A stretch of 64,000 nt of DNA from Euprymna scolopes. Its lineage: Eukaryota. Location: the NCBI GenBank assembly GCA_053919585.1, contig CM132794.1, one strand, 5' to 3'. Made by a program: the position numbers and the translations under genes. Below, in pieces: positions 53,934-64,000 of the stretch (positions are counted from its first letter, which is position 1; each line of letters starts with the position of its first letter). The notes under the pieces are model-generated. The model ran no database searches and was not told where the DNA came from. It worked only from the letters and a program-made list of their open reading frames with translations.

Positions 53934-56900
53934 TAGGGTAGGTTGATTTTCAACTTTTTTTGGAAAATGTAAAAGGTTGAAGCAGAGAAAGTTGCACAAA
54001 CATATGGGGAGTACAAATAAACAAATAACTAGGTTTCTAACATCAGACATCGGATGCTAATTTGATTTTAAAGATCGTCTATTTTGAGACACGGAAAAAT
54101 CCTTATTTGTGAAAGATTTGTATGAAATTATTTAGTATTTTGCAGTTTCAATCATAACAAGTTTTATATATTTAAATAAACTATATAATGACTGATGTGC
54201 TAAATATTAAACAAAATTATAATTGCCCCCCTCCATTGAGGTGGCGGCAATTACAAAATTCTATAAACGCTGCATTTTACTTTGTTTTATAACTGCAAAA
54301 TTCAATTCTTTTTACTATCATTGAAAAAAAAGGTTTTATTCTGTCTGAAAAAAGTCTTAAAACCTAAAACAAATAATTTACCTATCTCTAGGCAGTTATC
54401 TATGCTTGTATAAAAACACAAAACAATTGGCAAGTAAAAAGCTATTTTTTTACCATAATATCAAAATTCTCCCTATAGGATCCTATTGAAGCAAAAAATG
54501 GCCTCATTTCATGCCATAAAATCTTAGCAATGATATGTCTATGTCTTGCTTCAAGTCCATAGACTGATTGGCAGGCTTCTGATGTCAATTGTACAGCCCT
54601 TTCCACACTTTGTGAATGTACAGGCAAATCAGGTAACTCTGGCTTTCTGCCGCTCATTAATTATTCCTGAAGGTCATCATCTGATAATTATTCAGTTAGT
54701 GCTGGCTCTGAAACTCCACTTTGAAAAAGGTCTATCAAATTTGACCAATATAAAGCGTCAAAATTTATTGTTGATATTTTTTTAAACGCTTTTTCACTGG
54801 TTCCTCACTCGTGAAAAAGAAAAGAGCAGTCAAATAATTTTGACTTGAATAAATGAACACAACTTTTATTTTAATTAATTTTTTTTTAAATTTAATAATT
54901 GAAAATGAATGTATAAATCAAAATAAACAATTTGATCAATTTTATATTACTTTTTACTTACCTAATGGTAAAAATTCTTCTTATAGCTTCTTCCCTCACT
55001 TCCATTTCATCTGATTTTAACATAGAGAACAGAATATTCTCTGGCAAAAGGGCAAAATCATTAAACTGAAGATTGCTTAAAGCAATTTCCTGAAGTTCTG
55101 GAGGTTGCTTTTTTATTTGCCCAATCATATAAAAAATATACATTTGCTGGTTATGAAATTTATTATCCAGTTTAATTTCAAACCAGTTAACTGCATAAAC
55201 TTCTACAATAAAACTAATCAGCTGGTGCATTTTTCTGGTCAATTCAGGTGAATAAATTTTACGGGTCCACATACACATTAATCGGATTGCCAGAGTAAGC
55301 CATCTTGCCTGATTTAAAGGTCCGATCTTCCATGCTGCATACTGAGGGTCTACTTTTCCCCTTGAAATACCAACAACATACTTTAAAAGTAGTCTTTGGT
55401 CACCAGTGAGATCATTTCCTGTTAGTTCAGAATACCTGTCCTCTAGAGGACTACTCACTGGTAAACAGTCAACTTGGGATAAATAATGGTAATTGTTGGC
55501 ACATAATTTTCCGAGTTGAGCCGTAAATGATGTTGGGCTTCGTGCACTTCCATCAAGGGATTTAAATAATGTCCCAACAGGAAGCTCATTCTGGTGTAGA
55601 GAACAGCAAATGGTGTGTATTTTTCTATGCAGCTTGTTTTCTAGTGAGGAAACTAGTCCTGATTTGCACCAGTATTGGTGCTTGTGCTGTCTAAAAGGAC
55701 AGCCTTTAAAGTATTAACACTCTCATACTGTTCTAGAACTTTGTGAACTTCATCTGCCAGAACAGCAGCAGTTGCTCCAACAGTAGGGAGCTTTCTATGT
55801 GTAAGATACTCCCCCTTACTTCCACAACCCATCTTCTTTGTAAATGTCAAGTGATGCTCTTGTCCTTTAGCTTTTCTTCGATTTTTGTTTCCTTTTTCAT
55901 CGACAGTTTCCATGTAAAATAAAGTGTCTTTGTCGTGTTTCCCATCAACACCAATGCAGACAAGATTTCTAATTTTTTGATTATGTTTTTGATAGGCATT
56001 ATTTTTTTATCTTTCTTTTTCTCTGTCAATTTTGGATTTATCAAGAAAAAAAAAGTCAATATTTGATTTTAGAAGGTCCGCAGCTTGTAGATCCAAAAGA
56101 AAAGCATTTGCAAGATGTGCACCAAGGTTTGATGAGACATACCCTCTGATGAGTTCAATGGCATAACGAGGAATGTTTATCCGGCTGTAAATACTCTTAC
56201 ACTCTTCCTCTGGTTCAAAACTTTAATCTGTTCCATCACTATTTTCTGATGTCAGAATGATATTCTGGTCATGAGATGTTGAAGCAATAGGCGGCGGGGG
56301 GATGAATCAACTTGCTTTTCTCCTAACACAGTTAACTTTTTAGATTTTGCTACTGCAGCTTTATCAACAGGTCTGAGTTGAAAATTGCCTTTGGGTTCAA
56401 TTTTATTTCTTTGGTCCTTCAAATACTCTATCTCCTCCACAGGAACCTGAATTAGAAAATGTTTATTCTAATCTACGCTTATCTTAGAAATAAATTCTAT
56501 TTCACGTCCAAAAATTGTAATTTCTTTTTTCATTGGTTTACATAAAATACAAATATAGAAATTCATTTAATTTAAGATGTCTATGATTTTCATTAAAAAT
56601 ATTTTTTTCAAACAAAAAAGAGGAATTAAAAAAAAATAGAATAAACTTACCTTTTTTTTATATGGCAGGTACAGGTACTATATACTTTGACTGACAATTT
56701 TCTTTTTTGCATTTAATATTTTTGTCATGACAACTTGCCATTGGCAGGTCACACGAACAAGATGAAATGTCAAATAATTTGTCAAGTTTATTGACCAGAA
56801 GACTTTTGGCATATGCGGATAAAACGTTTCTATTTATTTGCTTAGCTTTTTTAAAGCAGGTGTCCTGCAATTTATGCAGAATCCATTTGTCAGTTAGTAG

Positions 56901-57775
56901 TGGCAAACTGGGATTTATTGCCTTACAAATATCTTTAACATCATTTGCCATTAATATTGAAAGAGCAAATTTATTTAACTTTGGGTGAGAATTCTCCATG
57001 TAATAACCATATTTAATAACGTGACGGAAAGTAGGGGGTTCTGTTGTATTTAATGGAGACGGTGAGCCCGAAAATTTTGTAGAATAAGTACTGCGTGTAG
57101 AAATAGGTCGTTTCCGACTCAGGGTTAGAAAAATATCTGCAAAATAATATTTTATGATATTGTAAGAAATTAAACAATGGAAATCATGAATTAAAAATAA
57201 AATTTGGAAAAATTGGTAAATATCAAAAAAATAAATAACAATGGTTTTACTTACCGAACAGTATGAAAACACAAGTCCAATCACACCGAAATAGCCTTGC
57301 GAAGAAAAATGTTTTTTTTTTTTTTTTAATAAAGATTTATTAAATTAAATAACACAAAGGTGTAAAATAAACCTTTCTTTTTCTTAATAATTAAGGTTTG
57401 ATAAGATATAAAATGCAAAATGTAATAATTTCTAAATTTGAATTAAGCTCCGATTAACAAAGTAAACAAACGTGTGAACACGAAAATGAAACCGATTACT
57501 TGGCGGTGTAGACGTAAATATGAACCGAATAAAATAAAGCCCTGGTTTATTAGTTGTTTACTTCATTTTAAATGAAATATGATATGCTTATTCTTTGATT
57601 TAACACCAGCACCCGGCGACATAGACGCAACATATTGAGTTTTTCAATGTTTAAATTCATTTTAGCAAAAAACGATGGAGCATTAGAAAATACTATTTTG
57701 TGTTGTTGTTCTCAATGTTATTTAACATCTTTCTCTGCATAGACCTAGTCATAATGCCAAAATCGACCTACCCTA
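53934..57775 (-). mobile_element. Full-length hAT-superfamily (hATm-type) DNA transposon, 3842 bp
   Basis: 17-bp TIRs TAGGGTAGGT(T/C)GATTTT at 53934-53950 and 57759-57775, and 8-bp TSD ATGCATAC at 53926-53933 and 57776-57783. Confidence 0.9.
54442..57136 (-). pseudogene. Intron-containing hATm-type transposase pseudogene
   Basis: Motifs CSC, VPVEEIEYLKDQR, DGKHD, DSTSTNTG, CSLHQNEL, LNQARWLTLA, INFDA..W..LID and PVHSQSVERAV. GT-AG introns about 57254-57137 and 56650-56447, plus about 54961-54811 with a degenerate acceptor. Stops and frameshifts present. Confidence 0.8.
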
Positions 57776-57784
57776 ATGCATACA

Positions 57785-57857
<73 letters not shown>

Positions 57858-58619
57858 ATGTGCGTGTGTGTGAGTGTGTTATGTATGGGTCAAGTCTAGA
57901 GCCCGTTATGATTTAGACAGACTCTCGTACTCGTTGACTTTTTATTATAACGCCCCTGTATGCTTAGTCATATTATACAACGCATGTTTTCTTTTCCTGC
58001 CAACGTTGTAAATCTTTAATACATCAAACGCTCCGTTTTCCTCGATTGGATACTTAAAAGCTTAATTGCAGTGTGTTAATTAGAGAAACAAAGATTGCAC
58101 ACATAAAATGTGCGTTTTTCTTCTGCAGTCACTACTCACCGCCAACCCAACTCTATTTGCCAGCCTTATACATCAGCTAGACTTCAGAGATAATACACCA
58201 CAATTTAGCTTCCTCGTTGCCCTTTAGTTACAAATTAATTGTCTGCATAAAACTTCAAAGGCGGACACAGAGAATGAGAAGAAAAACCTGATTAAAAAAA
58301 ACGGATACGGAGCTGTAATTATTGAAAGAAGTTTAAAGAAAAAAAAAATCAAATCCTGTCTCCCCTTAATCGACATTATTTTTATGTTCGCGTTGATTAC
58401 GTTTTACGTTTAAAAATATGGCGTCGCTTTAGAATAAAATATATGAAGAGAAAAACACGAATGTTTAATACATTTATGACCCCAACGGAATTAGTATATT
58501 TATTACATTTATAAGTCCAAAGGGACTTGTATGTCTTATAAGATTAACGTTTACATATTTCACTCTTCAACCCCAGATATAATTAGCCTATGTCGGTTTA
58601 ATGTATTGTTCATCTCATA

Positions 58620-59270
58620 TTTTTCTCTAATTATTTACTTCGATTTTCTGATCTTTGATATTTAACTGGCTCCTCTGGAAGAATTATGAGGATTAGTATT
58701 ATCGATTTCCTTGATTCTACATATTCTTCTTTTAAAACCTATTGTGCTAGAAGAATACTAACATATGAGAGAGCCTTGTACCTCTATAATACTACCTACA
58801 CCCATGCTTGTAGTAGTGCTCCCACATCTGGGCTGCTGCACTTAAAATTAATACTCCCTTTTGGATATCGCCCCAAAATGATCTTCAGCCAAATAGTTCA
58901 TACTTTATCAACAAACCTCCAACCGCTGCCCGTTGCCTCGATGTTGCATATCTGTGCCTGTTTTACAAATATTTGAATAGGATGTGGTTATTTTCCGCCT
59001 CTACGTCTATATCACCGACAGACCGGCATAGCAACAATATCCCACCTCTTAAATATTGAGGTCTCTTACTGCCAGAAAACTTTATACACTAATAGACTCT
59101 TCCCTCGAACAGCATATCTTTGGATTAATTTTGGTGATACTTGTTTCCCTGACCGTACTGTTATGCAGTAGTTTTAATGTTAGGTGAACCAAATTCTTGT
59201 TCATCTTTCCTTAGCATGGTGTCAAATATATTCCCTTACGTTCACGTAAACTTATGTCTCATAAGAAGTG
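58620..59270 (-). mobile_element. Highly decayed LINE RT relic (tentative)
   Basis: Minus strand IFKRWD and downstream segments loosely follow the order of LINE RT motifs (PIxKKGD...). Confidence 0.25.
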
Positions 59271-59565
59271 AACGTACGTAAATAAAAAAAGCATTTACAT
59301 TTATATTTCATACATTAATATTACAAAAATTGCTTCAAATAAAACCGGATAAATATTATAATAATGAATGCAATGTTTGTTTTTTTTTATAGATAATCCA
59401 AAATTATTTCTTTTTTCCGATTTGTTACACATTTGTTTATTTAACCAGCCTGTATGTAGTTGCTATTCCAAATGCAAATTTCGAAAACATTAATAAGACT
59501 TAGATTTAAAGAGCCTGGATGCTTAACAATGCAATAAACTCACACATAAACATGTATGACTGTGC

Positions 59566-59637
<72 letters not shown>

Positions 59638-60494
59638 GGGTTGTGTGCGTGTGTGTGTTGTAATTGAAAGCAATGGATAGAAAATGCTGTAAACCCTATA
59701 CAATTTTGTAAATCACTCTTTAAAACCATTGTGCATTTACTTCAAGCCATGTGCTTAACACACAAATTGTATTATTTTCATACGCGACTCTTTACTATTT
59801 CAAATCATTTAAATGTAATTTGAACTGATGCATATAAAACAACCCAGCTTTTAAGCGATACACATTCAAAACTGCCTGAAAACGACTGAAGAAAATCAAT
59901 TGTGAGTACTTGCAAAAATAGCTACAGGTGTGCAAAACGACTGCGGAAATTTCCTACACTAATTTCATCAAGACGTAAGATAGACAATGCAAAAATAGAA
60001 AAACATGTAGAAAAAGATCGTTCAGAAAAAAAGAGATATTAAACAATATATCTCTCCACAGAGCTCCTCAACACTTACCGAAGTAGATGTTGTATCCAGA
60101 AAAGATAATGTGCGGATCGCATCCAGTACCATGCCCTACCGAATGTTGCTAAACCGACGCTGTAGAAGTTAAACTAATGCGCGACGGAACCTTGCCTCAC
60201 CTGCTATATTGTCCCGACACCACACCTTACGATTACGATGTTTCAAGCATCTCTAACCCATTTTTTTCCTTAGCTGATTTTGATGTTGCTTATTTCGACC
60301 AATAAAGTTTGTTTGGGCCGAGATATGCGCATTTGAATTGAACCACTTAAAAAAATCGCGTGACCATTCGTACAAATCTGATAATCATTTATGTAAATAA
60401 GTGGTGTAAGCAACGATTGTTAGGTTTTATATGTTTTATTATTTTATATTTTTATTTAAATTATTTAATTATTTATAACATTATTTCTAAAAAA

Positions 60495-62520
60495 AAATAG
60501 CGTGTTTCGGACCATCTTGTGTTTTAAAAGCCTTCTTTTTTGGAAGTTTGTAAAAAAACAGTGTGATCTCTTAGCAGTTTTGATTACAAAAGGGTTTCCA
60601 ACGGAAGGAGAACATGTGTTTCTATTAACGTTGTTAAATATAGGTGTGTTTTGTCCCTCTCCTCGGTTTAGGATCATTGAGTATAGTTAGCTTATTTTTT
60701 TATATTAATTGTCCTTATGTGTCGGATTGGGGGGCATTCATATATCGTCACATAATGTGCGTGTGTGTGTTCGTGTGTGGGGGATGTTGTGTGAATGTAT
60801 TCGGTTTTTTCTGGTATTGGCTTGTGAAATATAGTTCTATCTCAGAGATTGAATAAGCACTCTTGCGTATTCTTTGTATTTACAGGAGAATTGTAATTAT
60901 AGTTTTATTTCGAGATTTTAATTTCATTTTTATTGTGATTTTCGTTTAAATCGCTTGGAATATCCATAAGATTTATAATATAAGGATTATAAATCAAACA
61001 CTAATTATGTAAATATTTCTTACATTCCACGAAGTTATTTCCTTGTGGGGTTTTAGATTTCGTGAATTCGTCGATCCGTATCTGTGAGAGCATAAATAAA
61101 ATACTGTCCAGGCCACTAATATTTTAATCGTATTATAATGTGCAGATTAAAGGGATTTGCTGATAAAAACATTTACTGATATATAGGATTGATATTTATG
61201 AATTATGATATGATACTCTTAGGGTTTCTATTTATTTCTTTTTCTACATAGACAGGGATAGATACAAGAACGGGTTGTAATGTAGAGAAACAAACATCTC
61301 TCTGAAAAAGCGCCGATGTGTATAGGCAGAAAAATAAATTTGTTAAAAACGTGAAGGATTTCTCAACAGACCAAACCGATAAAAATGAAGTGTAGCGACG
61401 GAACAGATACTACCATGCGATCTTAGTTATTTAATAGTGTTGCTGGTCTCGTTGTAAAATGTTAAATGTGAGATGTGAGGATTATTTTGCGTATGTGAGT
61501 GAACATACCTTCTAGCGCGTGTGTTTAAATGTGTCGGTTCTTAGACATGTATGGAAGTTTATACATGCACGGATATATTTGAGTGACTGTCTTTTGCTTT
61601 GAGTTTGTTAGCGTATTGATATAACACCCGGGTAAATTTGTGAGTAAATTCGGTTATGATTCTTTTTCCCGTGTGAGTAAGTTGAAGTAGTTGTCAGTTT
61701 GGAAGAGTGGCACTATTTTGAAGTTTTTTGCACTGCATACGTTTGCGTGATCTAAAACATAGAGGAATCTGTTTTCTGCGATTTTCCTGTTACTCCTGTG
61801 TAAAGCTACTCTATTGCTGAGGTTTTTGTCGGATGTGGATTTTAGTGCCTATTTCTGGAGGTGCAGTGTAAATCTGTTTATTTTGGATGTTTCTGTTGTG
61901 TTTTTGGAATATGTACGTGTTTCCTTATATTATTATGTAGCAATCCATACATCCATATTTGTTGCATTTTTACCTCTTTTTGTTGTTCGTTGATGTAGTT
62001 TGGATAAAGTTTTGCGTTGTTTTAATTATGTTCTTTAGTTCTGACAGAGTAGGGTATGTTTTGTTTTCTCTGTAAATAGATCTGAGGTGTTTGTATCTTT
62101 AACAGAGATGTATGCTAGATTTTGGTCTATGTCCTGTTTTATTTATTTATTTTTTGGTTAAGTTTGACTACTGGAATATTTATGCTAGTTTGAATCATTG
62201 CTGTACTAATTGTGGTGCTTATCGACTTTTCCAAGATCAGAGATGTTCGTCTGTAGGTATGGTGAAGGTCCTGCGTGGTAGGGAGTAGGTTATATATTTC
62301 AGATAATGTTTAATGTGGCTTTTTAATGTGAGAATATTGAAAGACGTTTGTTGGTTAAGAGTAAATGTTTCTGAGTATGTTGTTTTTGGAATTTCTACAA
62401 GAATGTCTAAAAATGGTAAAATCCTTTCTAGTTAGGCAAGTGTAAAATTAGCTTATAGCGTTGTAATTTTGTTTCCTTTTAGATGTAGTTATCATCATTA
62501 ATTTCGAATAACTTTTTGTT
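60495..62520 (-). mobile_element. Decayed Penelope-like element fragments (RT thumb region and pLTR relics)
   Basis: LPFLDILV near 62410, GYSKRF near 60955, strong A/C skew on the minus strand, and degenerate HHR-like motifs near 60500-60545 (-) and 61300-61335 (+). Confidence 0.5.
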
Positions 62521-62773
62521 CAGGATTATCTATATATTTATACGCTAGCGTGTATGATCTTCTGTGTGTCACGCGTAGTTCTTTCTCCTTCCGAGTGATT
62601 GTTGTTTCATTTTTATGTCATCCAATTTATTGTAAATAATAATTTTACAGATAATTTTTTAACAGTTTTATTTGATTATAATTGATGCCACTGAAGTAAT
62701 CTTTTTTATTTATAAATAATTTTACTAATCATATTTCATAAACTTGTTTGTCGGTGTCAATTATGGTTGAAGG

Positions 62774-62849
<76 letters not shown>

Positions 62850-63099
62850 TCTTCATAAGTTTTTGTTTCGGTTTCAATTCAAGCTGATACACCCACATAT
62901 TATAGATGTATATTTTTTTATTTACGAATTCACAAATTTAGAAGTATCTAATTGACTCTATAATAATATATGCAAACACATTTAAGTGTCTTTTACGACC
63001 GAGAGTCCCTGCCCGCTTAGAAAAATACTGTTGAAGTTTTAACAAAAAAGCTATAATAATACCAGGTGGTATCTATTTACGCTGAACATCAACAGAATG

Positions 63100-64000
63100 T
63101 CAACATCATAATATGAAAAAGTCTGCTGTGGAATTTTCACAGGTTCCGTATCTATAATAATGAGTGGCAGCATTCACTTACTAAGGTCCCTAAAACAAAC
63201 AGTAGCCAATTGAAAATTACTAGCTACATTATATGTATGCAGTCTATAAATTAATATACCGCACAACCTGGCGAATAAAGGACCGGTAAACATACACACG
63301 CATTACACTCCAGCTTAAACAAACAGTTCGAGATTGATAAAGTCTCATTAGGTGATCGAATAATCAATGACGTTACAGTAACTTGCATTGCAGGAGAGTT
63401 TGATATTATTTGATGGGAAAAAAGCACACACTTGTCAAATAGAATCTTGGCTATTCAAAGACCAGCAACCCGTTGGTGGCAAAAATGGTTCCTGTAAAAC
63501 ATAGAACGAGGAGGATTGAATGCTCCTAAGATGATATTTCCTGCAATGAAAAGATTGGTGGCAAGTATCGAAAGAGAGGGCAAACATGTAGCAAGACAAT
63601 GATTTTAGATTTTAAATATGTTGTTAAAGCATGTAGAATATCACAGACAGTAGATGTTCAAGTTCCAGCCGTTCACTGAGAAACTGAGGTTCATGATTTT
63701 TTTCAGACGTGTGAGACCGAATCAAAATTTTATTCCTTGAGAAAGAAAGAGTTTTGAACTGTGACCACTGTTTTAAACTGCTTAGGCAAGTCCATGCATA
63801 CAAATAACAAAAAATAAATCTCAGAAGGAGACATCATATACCATAATAGCTCAATGGGCTAACCGGCGGCCCAAACGGTTCAACACATCAATTAACTAAG
63901 AGAAAATCTGCGTCCACATAATTCTTATTGTTAGGAACTTGCCCCATTCTTATTTAACTTGTTTGGTCTGTTGAAAGCATTCACGAAGCTACGAAGTTTG
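63100..64000 (+). mobile_element. Highly decayed Chapaev3-type transposase relic (tentative)
   Basis: NNEWQH..RSLK resembles EWRLFIDSS.RSLK, and PVGGKN resembles the later L.VG.KNV motif. Same family type as 1170-1700. Confidence 0.35.

Noticed and set aside
5607-62955. Many ORFs with YIYIYI, poly-L or X runs
   Set aside because: They are translations of (TA)n or (AAT)n microsatellites or of N-gaps, not genes.

Overview
This is AT-rich eukaryotic DNA, probably from an invertebrate animal (inferred from its repeat repertoire). It looks intergenic or intronic, and I recognise no intact host protein-coding gene. Most ORFs in the track are artefacts of (TA)n microsatellites, N-gaps or decayed transposons. 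Transposon content: Penelope-like elements (PLEs), CR1-group LINEs, an R4/Dong-type LINE joined to an RTE 5' end, a decayed Gypsy LTR element, Chapaev3-type relics, SINEs, Helentron-like short elements, and a complete 3.84 kb hATm-type transposon with TIRs, an 8-bp TSD and apparent introns. The most striking signal is a recurring module of a tRNA-like Pol III promoter followed by a hammerhead ribozyme (HHR), seen in three apparently unrelated short elements. The best example (33461-33899, minus strand) has two identical, consensus type I hammerheads exactly 348 nt apart, flanking an A-box/B-box head, with no T4 Pol III terminator on the transcribed strand. It is a candidate Pol III-driven retrozyme-like element that could release a self-cleaved, possibly circular, 348-nt RNA. 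All family assignments come from motif recognition by eye; no database search was run.
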